The notes under the pieces: model-generated
What the model was told of the DNA's origin: nothing
Databases searched by the model: none
The model's input: only the letters and a program-made list of their open reading frames with translations
Position numbers and translations under genes: made by a program
Shown: positions 18,632 to 28,965 of the stretch, piece after piece
Numbering within the stretch: the stretch's first letter is position 1
Layout of the letters: each line of letters starts with the position of its first letter
NCBI GenBank assembly: GCA_034667685.1
Contig: JAXDQU010000054.1
Coordinates: forward strand, 20,742 to 84,741
Length of the DNA stretch: 64,000 nt
From: Thermoplasmata archaeon
GTDB lineage: Archaea > Thermoplasmatota > SW-10-69-26 > JACQPN01 > JAJPHT01
Direction of reading: 5' to 3'

Positions 18632-18964
18632 ATGCCCGACTTCGAGATGCTCAGCAACGAGCGCGTCGAGTTCAACAACGGCGGCGAGTTCCTGGAGCTC
18701 TCCATCAACCTCGTGAAGGACGGCAACCGCGCCACGCCCTACCTGCGCCTCGCGCGCGGCTTCTACGGCAGCGACGGCGAGCCCCGTTACAAGAAGGGCG
18801 GCTGCACGCTGCCCATCGACCGCGAGGTCATCAACCAGCTCGCCGACGCGCTGAAGGCCTGGGACATCACCGAGGCCGTGAAGCAGAAGAGCGCGGCGGG
18901 ACCCGCGCCCGCGAAGAAGGCCGCCAAGAAGGGAGCGGCGGCCGAGGACGAGCCTGACGCGTAG
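18632..18964 (+). CDS. Small conserved protein, possibly PC4/Whirly-like nucleic-acid binding
   Basis: Beta-rich segment RLARGFYGSDGEPRYKKGGCTLP followed by a helix and a Lys/Ala tail; strong codon bias. Confidence 0.65.
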   Translation: MPDFEMLSNERVEFNNGGEFLELSINLVKDGNRATPYLRLARGFYGSDGEPRYKKGGCTLPIDREVINQLADALKAWDITEAVKQKSAAGPAPAKKAAKKGAAAEDEPDA

Positions 18965-19020
18965 GCTGTCAAACATCCTCCAACCTGTTCATGTGCAGGC
19001 GCGGCGTCGGCGCCTTGCCG

Positions 19021-21771
19021 ATGCAAGCCCTCCGCCTCGCCCTCCTCCTCGTGCTGCTGGCGCCGGCGCTGCTGCCGGCCGCGGGCGCGAAGGTGGGCCA
19101 TGTCCTGACTTTGACCTCTCGCTTCGAGGGCGACGCGCTCGTGGCCAACGTCACGGACTACGCGCATGCGGGGCCCCTGACCCTCGTGGTCTCGCCGCGG
19201 CTGGGCCCGCTGATCCGCGCGGTGCCGCTCGACCTCCAGCCCGGCCAGTCGGCCCTCGTGCGCATGCGGGACCTGCCCTGGACCGACCGCGACGCGCAGC
19301 TCGACGTGCGCGTGGTCGAAGGAAGGCTGGGCACCGCGGGCTTCTCCGACCTGCCCGCGGAGCCCGATCCCGCCGCGAACCCGACGATCGCGGAAGGCGC
19401 GGCGGACGTCCCGGTGGGCTTCGCGCGGCAGCCGCTGCTCGCGCCCGACGTGCTCGTCGCGAACCAGACGCCAGGCCCCGGCGACCTCAACGCGCGCATC
19501 CTCGCGACCCCCGAAAGCCTGCTGGTCACGGGCTGGGTCGGCGGCGGGCAGCTCTTCGTGTCGAGCTCGAAGGACGGCGGCCGGAGCTGGGGCGTGCCCA
19601 CGCTCGTGGGGCCCGCGAAGCCCGTCTCCACGAGCATCCTGTGGAGCATGGCGCAGGCGAGCCCCCGGCAGATCGTGATCGCGTACCAAGGCATGGCCGC
19701 CGGCGCGCCCTGGACGCTCTTCTCCTACGATCCGGTCGCCCAGAGCGGCAGCGCGAGCGCGACGATCCTCGGCCCCGCGCCGCCCGACACGCGCCAGCAG
19801 GGCGCCGTCGCGATCCGCGTCATGCCCACGACGTTCGCGGCCTACGTCGCCTCGCAGGCCGACGCGCAGGGGAACGTCGGCCTCTGGGAGGTCGATCCCA
19901 ACGGCACGTACCACGGCCTGGGCGGGGTTCGGTTCGCGGCGGAGGTGGGCGCGCTGCACCTTGTGGCCGACGGCTCGCGCCTCGCGCTGGTCGGGGACGT
20001 GAACCCCGCGAACGGCACGATGTCGCACCTGCGCGGCAGCACCTCGACGGACGGCGGCTACACGTGGACGGAGCCCGCCGACGTCTCGACGCCGACGCTC
20101 CAGGCCGACCTCGACTTCGCGGACGATGCGGGCACGGTCCACGTCGCGGGCTCCGTGGGCGCCACGATCCACCAGGCGATCGGCGAGACGTTCCCCCTCC
20201 AGGACCAGCCGGAGAGCCCCGAGGGGACCTACGCGTCCGAGGTCTCGCTGGGCGTGCGCGACGGGCTCTCGTGGACCGTCTTCATGACCAGCGACGCGAA
20301 CTCGGGCCACGTCGTCGACATGGCGCACGTCTCCTCCTCCCGAGGGAGCGCGACGTACGCGATGACGCCGCAGGACCACGTCGCGACGCGCGTCTACAGC
20401 GGCGGCGTGGGCGTGCTCCCCGACGGGCGCCCCGCGCTCCTGAGCGCCGGGACCGGCGTCTGGTCGCGCACGCTCTTCGACCCGCGCCCCGACGCGGCGG
20501 GCGTGCTCACGAAGATCAGCTACGGCGAGGCCACCAGCCTGGGCGCGCTGCTGGGCATCGTGTCCCTCACGCCCGATCCGCTCGTGGTGCCGGCCAACGC
20601 GACGGCCAACGTCACGGTACGCGTGACGAACGAGGGCGACGCGCCCGCGCGACCCTACCTCTCGCGTCTCGTCGACGAGCTCGGGCTCGACCACGCGCTG
20701 AACCTCAGCGGCGGCCCGTGGGCCACGCTTCCGGCGGGCGCGACGTCCGACCTGACGCTCCAGGTGCGCGCGGGCGACGCGGCCGGGCTCCTCACGAACG
20801 TCACGTTCACGCTGCGCGACCTCGACGCGAACGACAGCGCACGCGGCGCCTTCACGGTCCACGTCGCCAGCGCCCATGCGAAGGGACTCCTCGTCCTGCC
20901 TGCGCGCGTCGCCGTGCGCCTCACGCCAGGCGCGTCGACCGAGATCCTCGTGGCCGTGTCGAACGGCGGCGAAGGGCCGCTCGCGCTGGGCAACGCCTCC
21001 CTCGGGGGCCAGGGCGCGGTCACGTTGGCGGGCGCGCGGTTCGACGACGAGACGATCGCGCCGGGCGTCACGAGCACGATGCACGTGCGCCTCGACGCGC
21101 CGCGCGGACTGCGCGACAACGGCACCATGCTCCTCGCGGTGCGCAGCGCCGACGGCCAGCAGGGCGTCGTCGAGCTGGACTACGAGGTCGCGCCCGCGCC
21201 GCCGGGCCTCGGGGGAGCCTCGCCCCTCTCCGCGCCGGTGGGCGTCGCCGCGGCCGCCGTGGCCGTGGCCGCGGGCGCCAGCATCGCGGCGCTGGCGCGC
21301 ACCGACGCGGGACGCGTGGCCGGCGCCGTCGCGATGCTGCCGCTCTACACGCGCTTGGCCAAGTCCGACGTGCTCCAGCATGAGGTGCGCGCGGGCGTCT
21401 ACGCGCACGTGCTGGCGAATCCGGGCGCGCGCTTCGGCGAATTGCGGCGCGACCTCGGCCTCTCGAACGGCGCGCTGGTGTTCCACCTCAAGGTCTTGGA
21501 GCGCGAGGGGTACCTCAGCGCGCACCGCGAGTGGACGCGCCGCCGCTACTACGGCACGGGACGCGTGCCGCCGGCGGCGCCCGCCACCGTGGCAGATGCC
21601 ATCAACGGTCTCCTGCGCAGCGCGCCTGGCCTGCCGCTGGCCGAGGTCGCGCGCCGGCTGGGCGTCTCGCGCCAGCTCGCCGACTACCACCTGCGCAGGC
21701 TCGAACGGGCGCGCCGGGTCCGGCGCGAGGAGCGGGGGCGCTCGCCGACGTGGTTCGCCGAGGAGGGTTAG
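19021..21771 (+). CDS. Secreted Asp-box/Ig-like ectodomain, TM helix and cytoplasmic tandem winged-HTH (membrane-anchored regulator)
   Basis: Signal peptide MQALRLALLL; Asp-boxes SSKDGGRSW and STDGGYTW; Ig-like repeats; TM; NPGARFGELRRDLGLSNGALVFHL and a second HTH. Confidence 0.8.
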   Translation: MQALRLALLLVLLAPALLPAAGAKVGHVLTLTSRFEGDALVANVTDYAHAGPLTLVVSPRLGPLIRAVPLDLQPGQSALVRMRDLPWTDRDAQLDVRVVEGRLGTAGFSDLPAEPDPAANPTIAEGAADVPVGFARQPLLAPDVLVANQTPGPGDLNARILATPESLLVTGWVGGGQLFVSSSKDGGRSWGVPTLVGPAKPVSTSILWSMAQASPRQIVIAYQGMAAGAPWTLFSYDPVAQSGSASATILGPAPPDTRQQGAVAIRVMPTTFAAYVASQADAQGNVGLWEVDPNGTYHGLGGVRFAAEVGALHLVADGSRLALVGDVNPANGTMSHLRGSTSTDGGYTWTEPADVSTPTLQADLDFADDAGTVHVAGSVGATIHQAIGETFPLQDQPESPEGTYASEVSLGVRDGLSWTVFMTSDANSGHVVDMAHVSSSRGSATYAMTPQDHVATRVYSGGVGVLPDGRPALLSAGTGVWSRTLFDPRPDAAGVLTKISYGEATSLGALLGIVSLTPDPLVVPANATANVTVRVTNEGDAPARPYLSRLVDELGLDHALNLSGGPWATLPAGATSDLTLQVRAGDAAGLLTNVTFTLRDLDANDSARGAFTVHVASAHAKGLLVLPARVAVRLTPGASTEILVAVSNGGEGPLALGNASLGGQGAVTLAGARFDDETIAPGVTSTMHVRLDAPRGLRDNGTMLLAVRSADGQQGVVELDYEVAPAPPGLGGASPLSAPVGVAAAAVAVAAGASIAALARTDAGRVAGAVAMLPLYTRLAKSDVLQHEVRAGVYAHVLANPGARFGELRRDLGLSNGALVFHLKVLEREGYLSAHREWTRRRYYGTGRVPPAAPATVADAINGLLRSAPGLPLAEVARRLGVSRQLADYHLRRLERARRVRREERGRSPTWFAEEG

Positions 21772-21819
21772 GAACCCTCCGCCAACAATTTGATGTCCAG
21801 CTCGTGGGCTCGCGCGCCC

Positions 21820-22623
21820 ATGCAGCAAGATCGTCTGCTCGCCAACGCCGGGGGGCTGCTCCTGGCGGCCGGCGGCGTCGCGGCGTTCAGCGGCGGCTTC
21901 TATGGCCTCACGACGCAGAACCCCTGGCTCGTGGTGCTCAGCGTCGGCCTGCTGATGGGCTACGGCGTCGTGGGCTACCTGCTCATGAACCGCGGGCGCG
22001 CGGTCTTCGGCTTCGCGCTTCCCGCCAGCGCCGTGCTCGTGATGCTGACGCTCCTGCTCTTCCAGGGCGTGCGCCTCCTCGACGACGAGAGCATGCGCTA
22101 CGTGCTGGAGCCCTCGCTGACGCTGCTGCTGGCGTTCGCGGGCGGCGCGCTCCTGACGCACGCCTTCGAGGAGACGATGCCGCGCGTGCGCTGGCCCGGT
22201 CGCGGCGCGCCCAGCCTCAACCCGACGCTGCACATCGCGGCCGTGGGCCCCATCTGGGGCGCGTACACGCTCCTCGACATCGTGGGCCAGAAGACGCCGA
22301 CGTTCCGCATCCTGCTCGTGGGCGGCGCGGTCGTCGTGAGCGTCGCCTGCGTGGTGGGCGCGTACGCCGCGACGCGCAACGGCCACCCGCGCCTGACGCT
22401 CGGGGGCGCCGCGCTGGGCTTCCTGGCCTGCGCCGCGTTCCTCTTCCAGTTCATGCTCGGGCCCGGACGCGAGGGGGCGACGCTCTTCGGCGAGCTGCTG
22501 GCGCTCGTGGGCCTCGTCCTCACGGGGCTCGCCGCGGCCATCGCCACGGTCTCCTGGATCCAGATCCAGACGGGCGTCCCGCCCGAGGAGCCGATCATGG
22601 TCCCGCCCGCGCACATGCCGTGA
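21820..22623 (+). CDS. Multi-pass membrane protein
   Basis: About 8 hydrophobic segments; host codon usage. Confidence 0.7.
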   Translation: MQQDRLLANAGGLLLAAGGVAAFSGGFYGLTTQNPWLVVLSVGLLMGYGVVGYLLMNRGRAVFGFALPASAVLVMLTLLLFQGVRLLDDESMRYVLEPSLTLLLAFAGGALLTHAFEETMPRVRWPGRGAPSLNPTLHIAAVGPIWGAYTLLDIVGQKTPTFRILLVGGAVVVSVACVVGAYAATRNGHPRLTLGGAALGFLACAAFLFQFMLGPGREGATLFGELLALVGLVLTGLAAAIATVSWIQIQTGVPPEEPIMVPPAHMP

Positions 22624-22627
22624 GCCC

Positions 22628-23506
22628 ATGCGCCCGCGCACGTGGGGAGTCCTGGCCGCGCTCGCGGCGGCCGCCACGTTCGCGGCGGTCAACGTCGCCG
22701 GCCGCTTCGCCCTGGGGCGCGGCGTGCAGCCGCTCTGGATGGCGGCGTTCACGTACCTGGGCGGCGGGCTGCTCATGCTCCCGCACGCGCGCCGCGCGAA
22801 GCTGGCGCCGGCCGAGCGCCTCCGCATGGGGCTCGTGATCCTCTGCGGCGCGGTGGCGGCGCCGCTGCTGCTCTTCTTCGGCCTGCAGCGCACCGGCGCG
22901 GCGGACGCCTCGCTCGTGCTCAACCTGGAGATGGGCGCGACGACCGTGCTGGCGATCGCCTTCCTGCGCGAGCGCCTGGGCATGGCCGAGGCGCTGGGCG
23001 TGGCGCTCCTCGCGGCGGGCGCCATCGTGGTGAGCGCCGCCTCCGGCGCGCGGGGCGGAAGCACGCTCGTCGGCGTGCTCCTCGTCGCGGGCGCGGCGCT
23101 CCTGTGGGCGATGGACAACACACTGAGCACGCCGCTCTCGCGGACCCACGACCCGCGCGCGCTCATCGCGGTCAAGACGCTGGGCGGAGGCGTCGTGGTG
23201 CTGTCGGCCGCGCTCGTGCTGGCCGGCGCGCCCGGGGGCGACCCGCTCGCGTGGGCCGTGGCGCTGGCCTCCGGCGCGGTGGGTGTGGCCGTCAGCAGCG
23301 TGCTCTTCTACGTGGCCCTGGCGCGCATCGGCGCGGCGCGCACCACGGCGCTCTTCGCCACCAGCGGCCTCTTCGGCGTTACCCTCGCCGCGCTGGCCCT
23401 GCGGGAGCCGCTCACGGCCGCGCACTTCGTCGCTGCGGCGCTGTGCGTCCTGGGCGCGGGCGCCCTGCTCGTCCGGACGGACCGAACGGATATGACGATA
23501 GGTTAA
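22628..23506 (+). CDS. DMT/EamA family transporter
   Basis: Two EamA repeats; GLQRTGAADASLVLNLE...FLRERL; LREPL. Confidence 0.88.
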   Translation: MRPRTWGVLAALAAAATFAAVNVAGRFALGRGVQPLWMAAFTYLGGGLLMLPHARRAKLAPAERLRMGLVILCGAVAAPLLLFFGLQRTGAADASLVLNLEMGATTVLAIAFLRERLGMAEALGVALLAAGAIVVSAASGARGGSTLVGVLLVAGAALLWAMDNTLSTPLSRTHDPRALIAVKTLGGGVVVLSAALVLAGAPGGDPLAWAVALASGAVGVAVSSVLFYVALARIGAARTTALFATSGLFGVTLAALALREPLTAAHFVAAALCVLGAGALLVRTDRTDMTIG

Positions 23507-23531
23507 CTACCCCACGGGACGAGAGTCGCGC

Positions 23532-23987
23532 GTGGCCGCCTCGGTCCTGGTCGTCGACGACCTTCCGGAGATCTGCGGATTCTTCCGCGGGCTGGTGCGC
23601 CAGCTCAAGGGCCTCGACGTGGACCTCGTCACGGAGACCAACCCGGCCCGCGCCCTGGCGCTGCTCGACGAGCGCCGCTTCGACCTCGTCGTCTCCGACT
23701 TCCGCATGACCGAGCACGACGGCGCCGACGTCCTCACGCGCGCCCACGCCACGAACCCGACCGGCATCCGCGTCCTCATGACCGGCTACAACGAGGTGCC
23801 CACGCCGCTCTCCCGCCTCCGGACCGCGCGGGTCGACGCCTACCTCCAGAAACCGCTGCGGACGCAGGACCTCCTGTTACTTATCCTTCACCTTGTGCAG
23901 CGGGACGCCTCGACGCTGGACGCGTGCCGGCGTAACGCCCGGGAGCTGGAGAGCCTGGCGCAACGGGAAGAGATGATGCGCGTTTAG
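23532..23987 (+). CDS. Stand-alone response regulator receiver
   Basis: VLVVDD, DLVVSDFRM (phospho-Asp), LMTG, YLQKP. Confidence 0.88.
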   Translation: MAASVLVVDDLPEICGFFRGLVRQLKGLDVDLVTETNPARALALLDERRFDLVVSDFRMTEHDGADVLTRAHATNPTGIRVLMTGYNEVPTPLSRLRTARVDAYLQKPLRTQDLLLLILHLVQRDASTLDACRRNARELESLAQREEMMRV

Positions 23988-24002
23988 GAACATCGGGCCC
24001 CC

Positions 24003-24779
24003 ATGCGGATGAGCATGGACCGGCTTGCCGTCCTCCTTGAGCACGGTCTTTCCGAGTACCAGGCGCGCGTCTACCTCGCGCTGCTAGACTTCCCCTCCCT
24101 TCCCGCGGGCAGCCTGGCCAAGGCCGCGCAGATTCCGCGCAACCGGCTCTACGAGATCCTCGAGGAGCTGCAGGCGATGGGGCTCGTGGAGATCCTGCTG
24201 GAGGAGAACCGCAAGTACCGCGCGACGCCGCTGGGGCTCTACCTCGACCGGAGCGTGGCCGACCTCCGGGACCGCATCGGCAAGATCGAGGCGCAGAAAA
24301 GCTATCTCGAGGTCGCCTTCAAGCCGCCCACGCTCTCCGGCGCCGAGGACCTGGAGGCGGGGACGACGCGCGTGATCCTGACGCGCCGAGCCGTCGCGCG
24401 CGAGATCGACCGCCTCGTGGACGAGACGAACGAGAGCCTCGTGGTGGCGTGCAGCGCCGGGGGCTGGGAGCGCGTCGTGCGCCACCTCGCGCGCTTCCCC
24501 GCCGAGAAGAAGGGCGGCCTCACGCTGGTCGTGCCGCGCGCGGCCTCGTCGGCGGGCGGCGTCGAGCGGCTCGTCGAGGCGTGGCCCTCCTCCGTGCGCT
24601 GGACCGAGGCGCCGCTGCGGACGCTTGCGCTCGTGCGCGACGAGCAGGAGCTTCTTCTGGTGCACCCGCTGCCCGACGACGACAAGATGCGCGTCGGGCG
24701 CGACTTCGGCCTGCTCACGACGAACCTCGCGCTGGCGCGCGACCACGCCGCCCTGCTGCGCGAGTCCTCCAAACCTTGA
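24003..24779 (+). CDS. TrmB family transcriptional regulator
   Basis: GLSEYQARVYLALL...LAKAAQIPRNRLYEILEELQAMGLV...KYRA. Confidence 0.88.
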   Translation: MRMSMDRLAVLLEHGLSEYQARVYLALLDFPSLPAGSLAKAAQIPRNRLYEILEELQAMGLVEILLEENRKYRATPLGLYLDRSVADLRDRIGKIEAQKSYLEVAFKPPTLSGAEDLEAGTTRVILTRRAVAREIDRLVDETNESLVVACSAGGWERVVRHLARFPAEKKGGLTLVVPRAASSAGGVERLVEAWPSSVRWTEAPLRTLALVRDEQELLLVHPLPDDDKMRVGRDFGLLTTNLALARDHAALLRESSKP

Positions 24780-24806
24780 TGGCGCAGGAGCCGGCATCGG
24801 CGCGCG

Positions 24807-25835
24807 ATGCGCGTGGCGGAGCTGGCCGGGCGGCGGTTCGGCTGCCTGGAGGGGTGCGGCTTCTGCTGCACGTTCCAGCCCGAAGCGACCCAACGCGAGC
24901 TGGCCCGCCTGCGCGCCCGCCTCGCGCCGCGTCCGCTCCCCGTCGTCGCGGGCCAGGGCCGCACGTACCTCGCGCTGCACAACAAGTGCGGCGCGTGCAC
25001 GCTCCTGGAGCGCCGCGCGTGCCAGGCCTACGACCTGCGCCCGCAGCATTGCCGCTACTTCCCGTTCCACCTGCACTTCGCCGAGGAGCCGGAGGCCTAC
25101 GTCAACTACACGTGCCGCGGCGTGGAGCTCTCCGCGGACGGCGACCTGAGCGTGGCGTTCCGCGAGTCGGTCCTGGAGAACGCGGGCCAGGACGAGATCG
25201 CGCGCCACGAGCAGCTGGCGAAGCAGGCCTACGGCGAGTTCCAGCGCACCGCGCGGCGCCGCGGCGTGTGGGGCGACGCGGACGCGGTGGCGCGCGGCGC
25301 GGACCTTGGCGCGCTGCTCACGCGCGAGGGCATCGAGGCCGCGATCCGCCGCGGCGGGGACGAGGCCACCGCGCAGGAGGCCTGGGACGACGCGCTGGCG
25401 CCCTTCGCGGAGGATGACGTCACGCGCCGGCCGTTCTACCTGGCGCCCGACCTGCGCTGGCTCACCTTCGCGCGGAGCGGCGAGGGCCTCGACGTGCTGG
25501 AGATGGACGAGCAGGGCGCGCTCCTCCCGCGCGGGCGGCTCGACGACGTCGCCGCTTGGCGCGATGGCCCGGCCGACCTCGCCCCCTACTTCGCAAGCCT
25601 CGTCGCGCGCCGCGTCTTCACGGGCAGCGTCTATGCCCTGGTGGACGACGAGGACTACGCGATCAGCGTCGAGCAGGCGACGTGGCTGCGCCTCGCGGAG
25701 GTGGCGGCCGACCTCGCGGCGCGCGCGCACGTGCTCGCGAAGCTCGGCGTGCCGGCCGACCGCATCGAGGACGAGACGGCGCGCTTCTACGACAGCGCGT
25801 TCCTGGACGCGCCGACCATTGGAGGTTTCCTGTGA
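24807..25835 (+). CDS. YkgJ-family cysteine cluster protein
   Basis: FGCLEGCGFCC...CTLL...CQAYDLRPQHCRYFPF...CRG. Confidence 0.8.
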   Translation: MRVAELAGRRFGCLEGCGFCCTFQPEATQRELARLRARLAPRPLPVVAGQGRTYLALHNKCGACTLLERRACQAYDLRPQHCRYFPFHLHFAEEPEAYVNYTCRGVELSADGDLSVAFRESVLENAGQDEIARHEQLAKQAYGEFQRTARRRGVWGDADAVARGADLGALLTREGIEAAIRRGGDEATAQEAWDDALAPFAEDDVTRRPFYLAPDLRWLTFARSGEGLDVLEMDEQGALLPRGRLDDVAAWRDGPADLAPYFASLVARRVFTGSVYALVDDEDYAISVEQATWLRLAEVAADLAARAHVLAKLGVPADRIEDETARFYDSAFLDAPTIGGFL

Positions 25836-26287
25836 GCGTGAAGATCCGCGCGGCGGACCTCCACGACCTCGACGCCGCCCTCGCCCTGGAGCGCGCGTGC
25901 TATCAGGCCCCGCAGGCGTACGGCGCGGAGGAGTACCGCTACGCGCTGGGGCGCGCGAAGGCCGTGAACCTGCTCGCCGAGGACGAGCGCGGCGTCGCGG
26001 GGTTCGTCGGCGCGTTCCATCATGCGATCTGGCGCGCGGGGCACGTCTACACCGTGAACGTGCATCCGTCGCGCCGCGGCACGGGGCTCGGGCGCGCGCT
26101 CATGCAGGCGTGCGAGGACGAGCTTCGCAAGCTGGGCATGACGCGCGTCGTGCTGGAGGTCAACGTGGACAACGTCGAGGCGATCCGCCTCTACGAGCGC
26201 GGCGGCTACACGCGCGTGCGGCGGCTGCCGGACTACTACACGACCTACGCCAACAACGACGCGTGGCTTTACGAGAAGCCGCTCTAA
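25832..26287 (+). CDS. GNAT N-acetyltransferase (RimI-like)
   Basis: VHPSRRGTGLGRAL, LEVNVDNVEAIRLYE, DYY; GTG start overlaps the upstream stop. Confidence 0.88.
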   Translation: MSVKIRAADLHDLDAALALERACYQAPQAYGAEEYRYALGRAKAVNLLAEDERGVAGFVGAFHHAIWRAGHVYTVNVHPSRRGTGLGRALMQACEDELRKLGMTRVVLEVNVDNVEAIRLYERGGYTRVRRLPDYYTTYANNDAWLYEKPL

Positions 26288-26374
26288 CGGGGGTTTGGGG
26301 GCGGAGCCCCCAAGGTCCCGTTCTTCTCTCATGAAAAACGAGACGTCAGGGGGCTCCGCCCCCCGAACCCCCCG
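26288..26374. repeat. REP-like pair of inverted palindromes between convergent genes
   Basis: cgggggtttgggggcggagccccc ... gggggctccgccccccgaaccccccg; each unit is itself a hairpin. Confidence 0.7.
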
Positions 26375-26419
26375 CGGGCCGACGCGCTGCGGCGCGTCGG
26401 AAACGACGCCAGATTGGCG

Positions 26420-27901
26420 CTACGCGATCTCGTCTCCAGAAAATCCGGTGGATTCCCACGCCTCGCCGCGCTTCTCCAGCACGCCCTTCGCGCGCGTCAG
26501 GAAGATCGGATACACCTGCGCGACGAGGCTCGGCGGCATCGCGTCGCGCCGGCTCATCTCGGGGTGGAAGCGCACGGACTGAACCTGCGGGTGCTCGCGC
26601 GGCGCGTAGCCGTTGCCGGAGCCCTCGAAGCGCCAGCCGCGCTGCTGCGCCATCCACATCGCGTGCTCGGCCTCGACCTGGTCGACCTTGATCTCCGACT
26701 CGGCGATGCGGTGGGCGAGCGCGTCGACGTCCTCCTTGGCGTAGCGCAGCTTCGCCGGATCGTGCCCGCCCGCGAGGAGCAGGAGGATCACGCCCTGGCA
26801 CTTGCTGCACCGGCCGCAGGGCGCCGGCGCGCCGTCCTCCATGTGCGTCGCGTGGCAGGACGTCTGCACCGTGAGCAGGTCGGGGTAGCGCGTCGCGAGC
26901 AGGTCCTCGATGAGCAGCGAGGAGAGCGTGCGCAGGAGGCTCGTCTGCGTGAGGCCGCCCCACTTCTTCTCTGCGAAGTAGGCGTTGAGCACGAGGTCGA
27001 ACTCCTGCGACTGGTCGTAGATGCCCCACCAGTGGCGCACGCCCTTGACCTCGGGCCAGGGCCCCTCGTCGAACTCGTTGCCCATGAGCATCGTGCCGAT
27101 GCCCTCGTGCAGGCAGAGCCCGGCCACGGCGATCTGATAGCTGTTGAACGTGAAGAGCTGGATCGGATAGACGTCCGCCTCCAGCCGCTGCCAGTCCTGG
27201 CGCACGCAGGGCAGGAGCTTGTTCGCGGCGACGTAGAGCCGGTCGATGCTGCTCCAGATGCGCCGCGTCCGCGGGTCGGTGCGCTCGTGCAGCCGGTGCG
27301 CGAGGAGCGCGGTGTGCCAGTGGCGGCCGCTCTCGTTGACGTACACGGGCGAGACGTCGCGCCCCAGCTCGCGCAGGAGGCCGTACGTGAGCAGGCTCTC
27401 CTTGCCGCCGGACGATAGCACGGCGAAACGCTCGGGGTCGACGACGCGCGGCGGGCCTTCGACGCGCCGCTCCTCGACGACGATCTCCGCGAGGTCGTCC
27501 ACTGCCTCGGGCTCGAAGTCCTCGGGCTTCACGTGGAACTCGGGGAGGATCAGCGGGTGCGGCTCGTCCGTGACGAAGCGCGTGAGGTACTGCTCGCGCG
27601 CCGTGATGCCCTGCATCTGCCGGAGGTAGGCGACGTCCGACGGCTCGAGGGGGAATTCGAGGACGACGCGCTCGCAGAAGAGGCCGTAGTTGAGGCTCGG
27701 GATCGCGTGGTGCAGCCGCGCGTGGTTGCGCATCACGTCGTCCGCGTTGGCGTAGAGCGGGACGGGGAACTTCCAGCGCAGCTCGATGTCGGTGCGCTTG
27801 CCGGCGTGGTCCACGAACGTGTAGATGCTCGTCGTCGCGTCGGGCGCCACGAGCGGGTCGCTCACGCGCAGCTCGCGGAAGAACTTGAGATCGGGCCTCA
27901 T
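26420..27901 (-). CDS. PP-loop (QueC/MurL-like) adenine nucleotide hydrolase with Cys cluster
   Basis: LSSGGKESLL PP-loop variant; TSCH...PCGRCSKC; ATGA overlap with the DUF1611 gene. Confidence 0.65.
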   Translation of the reverse strand: MRPDLKFFRELRVSDPLVAPDATTSIYTFVDHAGKRTDIELRWKFPVPLYANADDVMRNHARLHHAIPSLNYGLFCERVVLEFPLEPSDVAYLRQMQGITAREQYLTRFVTDEPHPLILPEFHVKPEDFEPEAVDDLAEIVVEERRVEGPPRVVDPERFAVLSSGGKESLLTYGLLRELGRDVSPVYVNESGRHWHTALLAHRLHERTDPRTRRIWSSIDRLYVAANKLLPCVRQDWQRLEADVYPIQLFTFNSYQIAVAGLCLHEGIGTMLMGNEFDEGPWPEVKGVRHWWGIYDQSQEFDLVLNAYFAEKKWGGLTQTSLLRTLSSLLIEDLLATRYPDLLTVQTSCHATHMEDGAPAPCGRCSKCQGVILLLLAGGHDPAKLRYAKEDVDALAHRIAESEIKVDQVEAEHAMWMAQQRGWRFEGSGNGYAPREHPQVQSVRFHPEMSRRDAMPPSLVAQVYPIFLTRAKGVLEKRGEAWESTGFSGDEIA

Positions 27902-28965
27902 GCGCGCATCCTGAGGCCGAACCGCGCCACGACGGCGTCCACCAGAGGCTGCGGCCCGTCGAGGAGCACGTCGGTCACGGGCTTCCCGAAGCGATCGGCG
28001 AGGCGCTTCTTCCATTCCTCGACGCCCGCGCGGTCCAGGCCTTCGTGGTTGAGCGTGATCGCCACGAGCGGGTGGCCGCTGAGCGTCTCGGCGATCGTGA
28101 TATCACGGGCGGGATCGCCCATCGGGTACTGCGGGAAGCCGTCGAGCGTCTGGCGCGCCGGCGCGTGCTGGAGGATGACGCCCTTGACGCGCGCGCCGCA
28201 GATGATCTCGTAGCCGCCCGGGTAGCCCGGGTGCGTGAGCCCGCCCTGCCCCTCGACCACGATGACGTCGGGGCTCTCGTTCTTCCACGCGCTCCAGACG
28301 ACGTGCTCGATCTCGCCGGTGAGGAAGTCGTTGACCAGCGAGTCGAGGATGATGGAGTACTTCGCGCCCTGGAGGCGGCCCGTCTGGCCCGTGCCGACGA
28401 AGACGGCCTTGATGCCCTGCTCGTTCAGGGCCTTCACGAGGACGCGCGCGGTGGTGCGCTTGCCGATGGCGCTGTCGGTGCCCAGCACCGCGACGACGGG
28501 GCACGTGACCTCCTCGATCTTCCCCGAGAAGAAGTGCTGCTCCTCCTTGGGGGGGACGGTGCGCACGTCGCGGATCGTGGCGCCGTGCTGCTTCGCGAGG
28601 GCGGCCAGCTCGGCGTCCTGCTCCAGCTTCTCGTGGAGCCCGCTCACGACGTGGAGGCCTTTGCGCAGCGCGGCGCGCACGATGGGGCGATAGCTTTCCG
28701 GGAGCCTTCCGCCGTCGGTCGCCACGCCCATCACGAAGTGCGTGGGTTGGGTGGCCGCGAGGGCCGCGTCGAGGCTCGCGAAGATCGGCACGCCGCAGGG
28801 CTTGCCGTCGAGGACCTGGCCCGCGTCGTGCCCCGCGAGGCCGCTGTCGAGGACGCCCACGATCTCGTAGAGGTCGCTGTAGCGCACCAGGCCGTGCGCG
28901 GTCTTGCCGCTGGGATCGGCGAAGTGGCCTTCGCACATGACGAGAGCCTTGAGGCGGCTGGGCAT
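27898..28965 (-). CDS. DUF1611 family protein (DgcN-like, P-loop fold)
   Basis: GKTAHGLVR, SGLH, GTDSAIGKRTT, TGQTG, VEGQG, LQHAP. Confidence 0.85.
   Translation of the reverse strand: MPSRLKALVMCEGHFADPSGKTAHGLVRYSDLYEIVGVLDSGLAGHDAGQVLDGKPCGVPIFASLDAALAATQPTHFVMGVATDGGRLPESYRPIVRAALRKGLHVVSGLHEKLEQDAELAALAKQHGATIRDVRTVPPKEEQHFFSGKIEEVTCPVVAVLGTDSAIGKRTTARVLVKALNEQGIKAVFVGTGQTGRLQGAKYSIILDSLVNDFLTGEIEHVVWSAWKNESPDVIVVEGQGGLTHPGYPGGYEIICGARVKGVILQHAPARQTLDGFPQYPMGDPARDITIAETLSGHPLVAITLNHEGLDRAGVEEWKKRLADRFGKPVTDVLLDGPQPLVDAVVARFGLRMRA

Noticed and set aside
18787-23175. 1462-aa minus-strand ORF
   Set aside because: Antisense shadow of several well-supported plus-strand genes
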